This document shows, in pieces, positions 1 to 13,500 of a stretch of 64,000 bases of DNA. The notes under the pieces are model-generated. The model had not been told where the DNA came from. It ran no database searches and saw only the letters and a list, made by a program, of their open reading frames with translations. Source of the stretch: Balanoglossus misakiensis (taxonomy: Eukaryota > Animalia > Hemichordata); contig CM082582.2 in assembly GCA_040954595.2 (NCBI GenBank), positions 9,353,483 through 9,417,482 of the forward strand. Reading direction: 5' to 3'. Numbering within the stretch: position 1 is the stretch's first letter; the number at the start of each line of letters is the position of its first letter. The translations under genes and the position numbers were made by a program.

Positions 1-3000
1 ACATACCAGGGTATGTTGTTCTTCTCTGATTTACCTTCTAAGTTACACAACATAAAGAACAGCGGTTTCTGTCTGATAATAGCAGCAGCATATATCACAC
101 TCGCCAATGAAACTTCTCAACGTTTTCAGTTTAATATCCTACTTTATTAGCAATTACATGTAGATTAACAATCGACCAGTATCAGCACAGGAAACATAAA
201 TCACGACCGAAATTGGTGGAAGTTCTCGGGCATCCTGACAGCTGAGGCACTGTGATGACAACTGAGTTGACAATAACCAGGCAGGGGTTAAAAAACCGTC
301 CACGACATGATTCGACCTTCGCAAACCGTCTGTCAGACGTAGCGCAGAGAAGGGTGAAAGTTACATCTCCTTCCTGCAGTGAAGCTAAATGCATTGGGCC
401 TATCCATCACTTTATTGAGTTGTCACGCCTGGCAAAAAAAAACCCTTACCACTGGACCAGACAGCGGGCATGATAAACCACACAGGAAGGGCGTAAAACA
501 GAGACTTTTCCGTAAAGCCCCGAGGGCGAAAGTCAAAACACAGGAAACCTTGTACATATACTGATAAATGGCGACCTCTTGTTACACCCTTCACTTACAG
601 CAATTTCCACTCTCGCATTCAACTTCACGACAATCGCGGGCAAACCTGTAACTGATTTTTTCCTGTAGTGGAATTCTACGGAAATTGATACTAAGTTTCT
701 TTGCTTTGAAGGATAGTGTTTTAATCTGAGGTCCTGTCAAAGGCGAAACCCTGCACGCGGCCTTCACAGCTTGAGGTGTCCACAATACAACGTGCATATG
801 CATCTGATATCACCTGTTTCACTTCATCCTCAGGGGCTTCGTACAAATTTACACACTGCAAATGTTTTGTTGAATCTCTACTATTTACCGGTGCTACTGA
901 AATATCAGACATCTTACACTTTTATATTCTGTTCCAACAAGACATGAGCGCAACACTGCCCTCAAGCAAAATGTCAAACTTCCCAAGGTTTCTCGCTCTC
1001 TCTCTCTTCATTCCAGTCAGGAGTTTGTTGGGAGCAGCAGCCATCATTCTTATCGATGACGGCTGCAAGCGATAAAACCTGGTTTTTAAATAATCAGGAT
1101 TCACAGGGACTGGGAGACATGTGCAGAACCTGTGAAGTCCTTCAACCTAGATGTTCAAACAAACTGAACACGTTCCACATCAGTAAAAATTCTCCAGAAC
1201 TTGTCTATGTAATCGCCATCATTCAAATTTATCATTTAAATAAATAACATACAGCATTTAAATTTTTCCCCACTGATTTCAACATCTGCTTCACCTCATA
1301 ACAAAAGTCTGACAGGGTGGTTATGAAATTAATCAGTACTTTTGTTTGAATTATAACCTTCTGGGGTGATTAAAACTAGCCTAAGTGCAACCGTCAAGAT
1401 TAAAGCAAAAACGTTTGAGTCATCTACAACTGGGTTTGCCTTCTGTACAACTCTAGCATACCAACTAAGAAGTTCCAGACAGGCAGATCTGATAATCAAT
1501 ATGACTACAAATCCCTGCCAATGTTTCCACGGAAACACAGACTGCATTTCCCCTCAGCCGTGCCCAGCTGCCTTCCGGGGCCATTCTGACAAGGAAAAAT
1601 GCCCTGACCGCATATGCAAATCAAGTCTACTGCATTTTCATACACATAATCAAATCATGCTCCCCACAAGACAGGCAAAATATGTCCACAAATCCAGACA
1701 GTTTTTATCACAGTTCCCCAGACAGCTTCACAAATATATATATGTGTGCCTTTCACCAAAGTGTACTTACACTAAACAGTGGCAAGTGTCCAACCACAAA
1801 CATTCTTTGTTTGCTTAAACTCTCAGTGGGCATGGTTAATTTGATTTCTTTGCACCATGTCCTTGCAATTAAAGTGTTTATTTTTCTGCCACTCTGCTGT
1901 GCATTCACACCATCCTTTGCTGTGTTTTCTTTTCAATGTCACCTCAGAAAGGTCGTCTGGACTCCTGGCATTCAGCAGTCATGATTTTGGTTCATCTCAC
2001 TAAATTATGCAGTTTTCAATTTGTAAAAGTATAACAAAACCTTCAATTAATATTTTGCATTTCTGTCACATTTATGTATCCATGTGGCAGGGATAATTGT
2101 TTTCACATACGAGCTGTTTTAAATAAGTTGCCTTCAAAATCAATATTTTACAGTACACTCAAATGACAGACACACATGACTAATTGTCACAGTGCCAAGT
2201 TTGATCATTAATTGAACAAACAACCAAAGTATTTTAATGATGATAATCTTTTCCTTTTCATGGCAATAAACAGTAATTACATTCATCAGAGCCATCCACA
2301 CAATAGCGCCGTATCAGTTCCTGTAATTGAATTAAATCCAATTTGTATGCAGGAGCTCGCCATCTCGACTGTGAAATGAGTTTTTGATGAGTCTTAATTG
2401 CGTCGTTTTTCTTTCTATTCTAATATGTGAGAGCAGGATTGGAATTCTTTTTTCTTAATCTCATTAACTCCTGGCTACCTGAAAAGGATCTGGTCATTCA
2501 TCTTTCACAGTGTTTATAATTACTTCCTGGTATATTGATGGGGCCACGCTAAAATGATCTTTTAGTTTCTCTTGTATGCTCTCAAAATGGCCACCAATAT
2601 CTGTGTTAACTCTTTGGAGAAAAATTAAAGTAGTTGTTCTTATGAAAACAGGATGGTGAACACCATGTTTTCTTCTTTGATTCCAAAAAGAATCCTCACA
2701 TACAGCAACTGCAAAGAAGTGTTGGAGTACTCTCCTGTCATTTTTCTGACAATCTGTCGCCAAGGTGCATAACACCTTAAATCAATCAGAACAAGTCTTC
2801 CGGCAAAGTCACCTTGCTTAGGACACTCACACAGGAGGACTAGGCGCTTGAGCTGGCTGTCAATAAAACACTCGCTGCACGACATGTTTTCATTATCTAG
2901 CTTAATCCACATTAGCGGGACATTAGCGGAACTAAACATGTCAGAAGCAGTAAATCACTTAGGAGTTACAAAGTCTAATTATGTGTACAGTTCAAAAAAA

Positions 3001-3141
3001 CCTATAAAAGTGCCTGAAAACTGTCTGTGGGACTATAAATCTTTCTCTGTTAAATCTGAAAAGTTCACTGCCTTGATGTTCTAGTGCAACTGCATCTGGC
3101 CGCCTTGGCCACTCGAACACTGAAAGTGCATAGCCGGTCTT

Positions 3142-3218
3142 TCAACCCTTTACTGCCATAATTGCTTTCTATGGTAAATCTGTATTTCTACATTAGGGAA
3201 ACAGGGGTTAAAGGGTTA
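3142..3218. mobile_element. Short degenerate MITE-like element, probably the same family as 37435-37527
   Basis: tcaaccctttac...tttctatggt...agggaaacaggggttaaagggtta; aacccttta/taaagggtt inverted ends. Confidence 0.4.
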
Positions 3219-6200
3219 TGTAGAGAGAAATGCATTGACTTGTAAAACAAATTTTGACTGTTTTTTATTCAATGTATGAATCAAATACACTTCTTGTTCT
3301 AATCTGGCAACATGCTTAACATATAATTATGTATAATATGTACATGTACATGTAGCTTGGGTATATATACCAGAATGATAAACAGACGCTCTCCCATCCC
3401 TCTCAATTGCATGATTTCATTACCTCATCAAATTCTCCAACCTACTTTAGATTTTTTTGCTTGTTAATAAGCTCAGCTACATCTCTGTATGATATGTGTT
3501 ACCTGCATTGTTAAAGTATGCAAACCAAGTCTGGAATTGTTATCCAGGCTCCACTGCCCATCTGAACAGTAATGAGCTGTCTTTGACTGTCGTGTGGCAT
3601 GCGATGTACGGCAAGGACACCTCATCAAAATTCTTTTCTGTGAACTTCATGCTTTAATGCACATTAAAATGCAAGCGATGCAACCACCAGAGCAACACGA
3701 CAGCTACAAGTCCAACTGACAGATTTGTTTGACAGGTTAAGTGCGAGCATACGTAGACAGGGGTTGTTCGCGTACACACGAGGAGGGGAGAGCCGTCACT
3801 TTATCTAATGTGAAAGACTTGTCATGTATTAAACTGTGGCGACTCTTGAGACGCACTTTGATAATACCCGAACACAAAGTACATGACGACGAACTTGTCA
3901 TGAATGACAATTAGCCATTCCCATGCCAACTGGTGATTCTGTCTGTACGATATTAACTCACTTCAGTCTAACACTGCGTAAACACACTGCTTTCATTTCA
4001 AAGGGTTTTCCCAAGACTCGATCGGCAGCAGTAAAATGTCTATCAAATGAAAGCAGGAGTATTGCTCATGTGTGAGCTTTTCACGTTTATTACTCCGTAG
4101 TGCATTTCTGTTATATCAGGAACATTCTGACGTAAAGAGAAAGCAAATACTGCAGATACCAATCACAAAAACAGGTCCTAAAACAGAAGACATTGATGCA
4201 GTATGGCAGTTGATCACATCAAAGTATATTTAGCGCCAGTGTTAAGACCCTGCACTCTGCAAGCACCACTCCCAAGTGCATTAATTCACCCAGTACGTCA
4301 TGCCATCATTCCCTGGTGGTTTACTTTGTACCTCAACACCAGTTGTAGCGAGCCTAATCGCACAGCTTGGTTCGTAAAACATGATGGATGAACCTTATCA
4401 TGATCCAATTTAATCTCCGGCTTCCATGTTATACTTACAATGCCCCCATTGAAATCCGTGTTTGACATGAACATGGAAATTTACTTTTTCCCTGGTGTTT
4501 GTTACAGAACTGTTCGTGTTGTTTTTCAGCATTGTTCATGTCCAATAATCCGCAATATGCAAATTTCTTGACAAGACTTCCATGCTGCCAGGAAATACTG
4601 TAAAACGGGTTATTTTCACGACAGGAAATTTTCATGATATCAAAAAAGGGTCAGGTTAATTTAAATGTAGTCTCTTCCGTGATTCCAATTGATGAACTAT
4701 TAAGAGCTGTCACTTCCAAGATATCTCGCATGAACCCTTTTCTTTTTGCTATTTACTTACAAGGATTGGGATAATCTTTGACTTCATACCAGACTCTGTT
4801 GGAACTGTCGCTTTCCGTTTCCTCCACACTCCTCACTTCGTAACACAGCTTCACCCGGGTTATCATCACCAGTTCTGTCTCCCTGCGTCTCTGTTATACC
4901 TATTCCAAAATGCTTTTCCCAGCAGCAGGTTTTAAAATAATCCAGCCCTTTAGAACACCAGGTTGTACATGACCACCGCATCAAGCCGGGCGAGAAACTA
5001 AGCGAACTTTATGCAAATGTTGACAAACGATGGTGACTGCTCTCATTTACATTTACAACTGTGGAGCATTAAAAGCATGAAACTCTATCTCCGGGGTTTT
5101 AGAATCAGGACCAACCCAGCTGATGAATCAATCAGTTTCATTGGGTACGACCAGTTCACTGGTTCATGGCCTACAAATAAACCGATTACTATGTTTTTCT
5201 TCATCGATGAAAGGACCAGATGACGTTTTCTCATCGCCGGCATGTAGTCACAGAAGATCCCCACGAATTCAATTTACCTTACGCTATTCATAGAATACGA
5301 TTCATATACGTACCATTACCAGGCTGTCAACATGACCCCAATGTGGGAGCGCTACTTGCCTCCAGAAATATAATACCCAAACACGTTTCGTTGTTGGCAA
5401 AACACATTAAATTTAAAACCAACTCCAATCTTTATACAAATCACCAAACAGGTCTATGGTAGTCAGACTTTATTTTGCCATATTTTAGAAACACATGAAA
5501 GGGCCGGGGGGGATACAAAACAGTAATCTGTGTTGCTCTAGATTCACAAACTGGACATCTGCGGAGTGGCTTAAAGAATTACAGAACTTTAATACACTTT
5601 CCGTAACAGAGTGCATTAACCCTGCCTGTCTTAGGTTGTTTTGGCTAATCAGAGAAACCAGGGAATCCCACCACACAGAATGAATTGTGGGATACCGCCA
5701 AGAGTTCATGACCTCTTGTCTACCTAGCGACAGATTTACAGTCAACCCAAAAAACATGTGGAACCGTTTGACTTCAGAAACGTATCAGCAATCTCTGGTA
5801 ATGATAGACGAACTTTTGGAAGAAACTCAACAATTGCTTTGTCAGGGAAGCACCTTGATGATCCTCTGTATAACATAGACAGGTGTATAGGGTATTGAAG
5901 TATAGTGAAAATAATTAACCAATCAGGTTTTATGGTAGGTTAACTCAGGTCACATCTGGTGTTGGTAGTCTAGAAGCACGGGGTCTAAAATGTTTCAAAA
6001 AACTGATCATGCAGAAACAGAATTGTGAGATTAACATCTCTTTCCTCATCAGCATTGTTCCATAGCATCCTTCCTAACGAGTCGACGTGGCAGTCAATCA
6101 GCGTGGCACTGAGCACGCATGATGGAACGCTGCCCTGCGGGGCCCTGAAATAATCTCTGACTTCATCCTGGCTCAATTACGACTCCACTGCCCTTTACTC

Positions 6201-9200
6201 GGCCCAAGCTGATAACCTCACCCGGGGATCCCAGGCTCGACTCGGCTGACGGAATCACGTTGTGGACCAAAAGGTGCCCCTTGTATGAACCCATGCTTCC
6301 AGAAGTGTTTGGCTTTTGTACAGGCATCCCTACCAATATGGCAACGACATCACATATCGGTATCACCTGTCGCATTTCCTAATCTGTCCATGAGTGGTTG
6401 TCAAAACAGGTCCCTTGAAAGTTGAAGACACTGTTGCTGGACTCCATACAGCCGAGTTTCCCACGACCTGTACGCTGAACTGGCATGGTTTAAGTCTAGA
6501 AAGGCTACATTTTAGGGAATACAAATTTATGTCTTTGCGTTGCCCAATCTGGCAACAATACAAATTTACGTCTTCATGATGGTCTGCATGAGCCAGTCAC
6601 AAATCAAAACTGGGCAACAAGTGGGAGAATTTTCCAAACCCAAACATCTAATAAAATATATATTTGCCAAAACAAATATGTTTGCACAGTACTGATCATA
6701 AAACTTGCCAAATATTTGTGATTGTCACTTATAATTTATGAGCGGTACAAGACCCAGCAGGAGCTTGGTGTTTTTTTTAGTCAACATCAGATTCAGAACC
6801 AAAACCACAGAAGCATCTACTAGGCATGCATGCCTGCACCCAGGATGCGCTGAGTCAGCATTTTATGCGTAGCAGGAAAATGCACGTTAATTAATCAAAT
6901 GAACACAAAAAACAACGAAAATAACACAAAGGAACTTTTTCAAGTTTTATTACTGTTAAATAAGCGACTAGCATATTTAGCGAGTTGATAAAACTGGGAG
7001 AGACGGCTATACAGTGTCCCACCACTGGATACACAATCTGACTGAACCTGTGCACTGTGCTAATTCGAACAGTACATGTCTGCTGGAGGGGCAGGAGCAT
7101 CCCACTGCGACAGAAAAACAACTTTACGCTTACTTTGTAAAGCGAGCCCCGGCCGCTCGGTCCTCTCAAACCTATACATTTCTTAGCTGAATGGACTTCC
7201 AGCAGATATGTCGTATTAAAGTCCAGAATCGCTTCTGGCCAAATCTGCCAATGCAAGCCGACATCATCAGCCTTGTTAGGCAGTCAGTTTTGAAAGTGGT
7301 CAAAAGAAACTCCAACAGAGAAATCCTGAAGTAACCAGGTGTGGGATATGCCCTCGATTTCTGCCCTATTGTGGAGTGTGTGAATCACGATTTGAAATGC
7401 CATAAGTCTGGTCTTTTCTGAAGGGATTCTATTGATATTTCATATAAGCCTTATGAATCAGGATTTCAAATACCACAGACTGGTTTTTTTCTCCAGGAGA
7501 TTCATACAGCACTTGAGAGACATTAGAATGTCACTTGGATGTGTTTCCGAGAAAGGCGACCTTCAAGACTTCTTGATATTAAACAGCAATGTTATCATCC
7601 AACCACAAGCGGTCGCATGCACGCACGCACACACAGTAATAAGGCAGTAAAGATTTGCCAGAACAACACCCACACTCAAAGAGTCAAGGCACAGTACACA
7701 CACGGACGACTGAACTGATGTTTACTCAGCTCTTGAGGCTGTGATTCTGTTCTAAAATTTACATGAGACACACGGAAAACGTCCAAACCACAGCAAATGT
7801 AATTACCATCGTTGACAACCAGGCAACTGTGTTAACTTGAACTCCCAAGGGTTAGAACAATGTTTGGAATAGACTAGCTGGTTAGTCTCAACTGTTGTTC
7901 TCTGAAAAGCTGAACAAATATGCCTCTTTTTTAATGTCCACATTTTGACATCATGGACAAACACTCCACAGGTTGTATGGTGGGCTGTACTCTCACACAC
8001 AGGAGAGCCTCAGTGCCTTATCATGGTCTCTCGATCTCCCTGGACAAAATCTCATTCAATATAAACACAGGCAGAGCATATATCCGCACAGGTTTTCATA
8101 AAAGAAGGTAAACAATATTTCCCAGTGCAAACTATCATATAGTAACTGAGAACATGATTCACTTGGTAGTAACCACGGTTACCATCACAAAAGGATAAAG
8201 CACTCATTTTCTCCCCTGACATGGGACAATCATAATGGCAACGATATCATCTATCCGAAATTCAACTTCAAACCAATACTTCAACATATCCCAGATTGTT
8301 ATGTATTTTAAGTGTCCAGGGATTTTTTTGACAAGGCAGGCATTAGGGGACACCTGATATCGTACAACTGCCCCACACCATTGTGTTCTGTTCGGATCAG
8401 TTGCCACAAGTCCCGGCATGTTCAATACAGCAGAAGGGGTATAATCTCGTAAAATCAAATGTCAACTGGGGAAAAGGCGTACATTAGTGGCACAGGAGAA
8501 TTATGAAAAGGGAAAGTAAATTCTCACAATTCAAGACGCAAATCCAACGAAGTAGGAGAGTACAGTAACACATGTTATCTAATCTCTACTCGGTAAATTA
8601 AACCACAGTTCTTACTGAGAATGACTTGTCTCTTACATCACGATTTCGAGAGATTGCCATGGTTACTCAGCCAGTCAAATGGAGACATACAGACAGGGGA
8701 TCACATGGGGTATCAATGACCATAGTCAAAATATTGACAACAGCATGTAACTGATGGAGACCGCTCACTGGTTTTAAAGTAATGGCGGGTACCACACGTA
8801 GAGTGGAGACAGATTCAATCTTTCTGATTATTTCTTTAAAATGGTCTGATTTCACTCCTTCAGTTTCATGGTTCAGTTTCCAAGGCCTCTTTGAACCTTC
8901 TAATGTAAAATTGCGCCTTTGACGCGTTGAATTATCGATGATCCCTGACTGACACCTCTTTTGCTGAATTGAAAATGGGACAAGTTGATTTCTGTCTCAA
9001 ATTACTCTATTCACTGATAAGTTTCTTCACAGATGAAATCTGTTGCGGAGAATGCATATCGACTGGATTGCTTGCATCCAGTTTCTCAGTGCAACATCAT
9101 TAAGGTAACAGACTTCAGCTAAATCCAGTTCACTCTCCATTTAGACAGATTTGCCAGTAATCCAGCGTTCTTTGCATTGTTGCCCGCGATACGATTGGTC

Positions 9201-10512
9201 GTTAGTGCGAGCAATATGGCATCAATTTTGACATCAGAGACTGATGAGGCAGGATACATCTGAGATCTGCAAGGCATTTTGCCACTATGAATTTAAATGA
9301 CAGCGGTAATATGCAACTCCTGCACATACTGAAGAACTACAAACCCAAGCATACATGTAACTCAATAAAACAACCTATAACTGCCTGTACGCCGAGTATT
9401 GCCTATTCACTAACCCTTTACATGATCAAACTCATTGTGTCATTCAAAACAATTTTGGCCACTTTCCAACGTGTCCTCACAAATCTCAACCAGGCGCCGA
9501 ACTATCACCCTTGCTGTATTTATAAACTGGTTTACTATGCATACATTCTTTTAATAATCATCAGCAACTGTGACATCACTCGTGATCAGCGACACGAAAT
9601 CTACACAGCATTTCTGTATAGACCTCTGGGATGGATATGTCAATATTGAAATGATAAAATACACAAGAAACACAAACGAGGTTAATTTTGCTGGTATTAG
9701 CTTTCACACCGACATCATTTTCGTGAGAACTGGAGCAATGAGAATGGCGCATCTACTGGTGGCTTCCCACACAACGCGACTCCATAGTTCAAATTGTATA
9801 TTTTCACCACTGCTGAGAATGCAACCAGCATCCTTTCAGCTGGGGAGCGAAAACAGAACCGCACGGCCCTGCGTTACCATGGTGAATGAGGGAGATGCGG
9901 GCTGCAAATGCAGCAACCACCTATATTTAACTTAAGGTTAAGAATTATGAACTGCGAAAACAAAATGCTCACGGCTCAGACAAGAACGATGGTTCCCTGT
10001 CATACTGAAAACTAAAAGGAGATTTTTTTTGACATTCACAGAAATCACCTGTCATATGGCAAAGGGATGAAACAACATCAAAAGACAGCGAATGTGCCCC
10101 ATTTGTGACTGAAATGATTTTATGTACGTAATAAGAAGACGGTATCTGTACTTAAATAAAGCAAGTGATAATTCAAGTCGGTAATTATTACTGATGTCTT
10201 TAATGGCATACATTAATGACACAAGGTTATATTTCTGGAAAGAAAGTCTGCTTTCCAATCTTCCCTGAGGCCTGATGATAGTACCATTTCCGAGTAGCAA
10301 GTACAAATTCTGCACTTTTAAGACAGAAATGGGGTTTTCTCAGTATTAGCCTAAAGGAGAGTTTTGCACTCCACTAATGAGAGAAATGCCGCTGATAAAC
10401 GTCACATTTCAGCTGTGAATGTTGAAAATGACACAATCATTTACATTCTCCTTTTATTCCGACCAATTTATCCTTGTCATGGTTATAAAAGTAGTTATTA
10501 CATTGCTGGTTT

Positions 10513-10539
10513 CCCCCCCCCCCCCCCCCCCCCCCCCCC
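10513..10539 (+). repeat. Poly-C tract (C27)
   Basis: Read directly. Shorter tracts: C14 at 15613-15626 and G11 at 58574-58584. Confidence 0.95.
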
Positions 10540-13500
10540 AATCAAGAGACAAGGAACTCAAATATCACAGAAAACACACAGAGGTCACTCCGTCAAATAG
10601 CTACGTACAGAAATTCCTGCATCTTAGAGAGCTACTGATACACAAAGAATTTCGGCCACTAGAATTCTTCAAGCCCGCCAAAAGCATCTCAGCACTGCGA
10701 GACCTACATCAATTCCAAAAAGCATTTATCAGATGAAATGAAATATCTGCGATAAACCCTGAGATATCCAGTCAGTTGTTACTTTGAGTAATTGATTACT
10801 TTGGGACAGCCACTCAGAGACCTTACAATCTTTAACTCACTATCTGTCATGCCGTTGTGTATTTTTAATTTTAAAGCCCATATTGGCCGAGACGCTTTTG
10901 TCTACCAACGTCAGGTGATAGATGGCTAACTCAATTTCCCAGTACTTTCACTTTTTTCCAGATTTCCATGACTCTCCAGGATTACCAAGGAACTATGCAT
11001 ACATGCACAATACAACGCTTCCATTCGCTGACTGGTATTTCAATGACACAGTTCTAAAAGCTATACAAGATGCAGACAGTATCATGTGAACACATCATAA
11101 TTTTCTATAATTGCACATTTTCAGTTCTGCATAGCAAAAATGTATCCTTTCATATGGAAAGCTGTATATCCTGCATGATAATCTCCTATCTGCTAAACCA
11201 CTCTGACAGTTAACACCCTAACAACCTCTGTAACAATTGAAAATCACCTGGATTTATGAGCCCACATTGCATTTTTACAACCTCCGTAAAGTTTCCAGTT
11301 TATAGCCATGTGGCCATTACTACCACACAGTCGTGCACGCAAAGCCATTGAGAGAACCATCAATGTTTTGTTGATCGGCTTAAGACGATTTGCTTTCTTC
11401 ACGAATCCCTCGCCCTAGAGAAAGACGCTCTTTGAGAATATAACTATGCATTCATAGTCGTACAACATCTGCCGATGCATACACATGATAATCATTTTAC
11501 GATCAGGTTTTGTCTCTTCCAGGCATCTTCTCCATTCAGCTGGGGATGCATTATTCATGGCACCGAGCATAAAATTTAACTCGGGTTGACTTCTTGCAGT
11601 GAAAAAATTAATCAATAATTTCTGTGTATACACACCCAGTCATGACACCAATCATTAAAGGCAGCGACTGCGGAGTATCAAGTTCCCCCCGGTTTCAATT
11701 CGAACACATTAGCCAACCTCGATTTTTTTTTTTTGCCCGGGACATTATAGTCTCAGAATCCTCCCCCTGCCTTGCGCAGATCTAGACGCGGCGTGCCGCA
11801 AATTACACACATAACCAGGGTGGCAATTTATTCGGCCTTCAAAGGTAGAGAGCTGAGGCGCTAGGCATGTCTGTGGGTCCCTTGCCGGGCACGATCTGTA
11901 TCAAAGCGCCGGCGTCTCGGCCCAAACACACGCTGGTTTCTAACTCCATGAAGCGCTGGGAAGCCAATCAGCTGCGGGTTGTCAAAGCCGACCTCTGTAA
12001 TCACGCAATTTATAGAGATCCATAGATACCAGATTTGACACGATGCAGCGGCGACAGAATCGTTTCATGTCAGAAGTATCGGCTGCCGTTCAGCTGTTAC
12101 ATTTGACATTTTGAAACATCCAAGCCAAACACAGCAAGAGAATTATTGCACAAAGCCCTTTCAGTGTGCGCTGGATTAAAAAAATCCCCCCACAATACAT
12201 CCCAACTTTCTTGTACGTTTACTTTCATGAATTACTGAATAACCCATCTTCTCAAATGTCTGGTTCATCAACAATACATATCACTTAACCTTTTAAAAAA
12301 ATAACCCTGCATACATGTACAGATAAAAATTCCATCAGAAGAGTACATTTGACCTAATAGTAAGTAATATTACACAGACCTATTGAAAGGTAAAGAACAG
12401 TATTCTTCTCAGTATTATTAAGAAAGTCTATTTTCTTGGCAATTGAATTTTTAATGAGTGGCTGTCATAAAATACAAAAAAATTCAGCAATGGGGAAATG
12501 GCCTGAAGGCACAAGATAACCTATTTTCTAAATCATATATTTTATGGCAAGGAATATTCTTAATTTGAAAAAATATGCACGATTATGTTCAAATTTTACT
12601 TTCCTTCTAATAATTTTTGACAGCTCAGATGACAGACTGAAATGAGGGCCCTGGAGAAATATCTTACCTAATGCATTTTCTCAAATATTCTTTTGTAAGG
12701 ATTTTATTTCTTTGAAATAGCCCAATGCTTGTCAGTAAAAATTATATCTCAACTATTTCACTGAACTAGGTTAATAATTATTCCATTTGCCCCTATTTTA
12801 TTACATTATTCTCATGACTTCAAATTAATTCTGATTTCCTTTTTAAGGTAATATTGCTCTAGAATTGGTGCACATCCCTTGAATTACATCTTGTGTTGGA
12901 TATGGTTATGACAGAAGCCTGACAGTGAGTGACTCATTTTTTCACTGCATTACTAAAGCCTTGGTAGCATCAGACTCGGGAATTACAGTTTCAACTTTAA
13001 CCTCTTGACCCTACGTGTGACCTGCCTTTCGCGCGATGTCAGATTCGGGCTCGCCCCCACGCTGATCAATCTGCAGTCAGCTGGGTCTGCCGAGAGAGAC
13101 AGACATGCCTACACAATGAAGACCAGAGCAATCGCATGCGTGCAACAATCAGAAACCGGCTGCAGAACCTGCCTCATTACCGACTTGCCGCTGGACCGCA
13201 TGTGCTAGTCTATGCATTTCAATTTACGTCCTTCATTCCCATCCACATATTCAAGGCTCTCCTGATCATGTCTGCGACTGACAGACACACAGGTCATTCT
13301 CGCTGCTCATTGCTGCAACCCTGATCTTTAGCCCTCCCGTTTTCCCCCCAGATCAAGATGAGATGACGATAAAATATATCATATATATTATGACAGTTGA
13401 ATCTCAGCTATAAACATTTATTAGTTAAACGGAACATCGCTGTGCCTTATGAACATTAAATTTACTTTCTGATATGCCAGGATTTTGTGTCTAGCACAGG

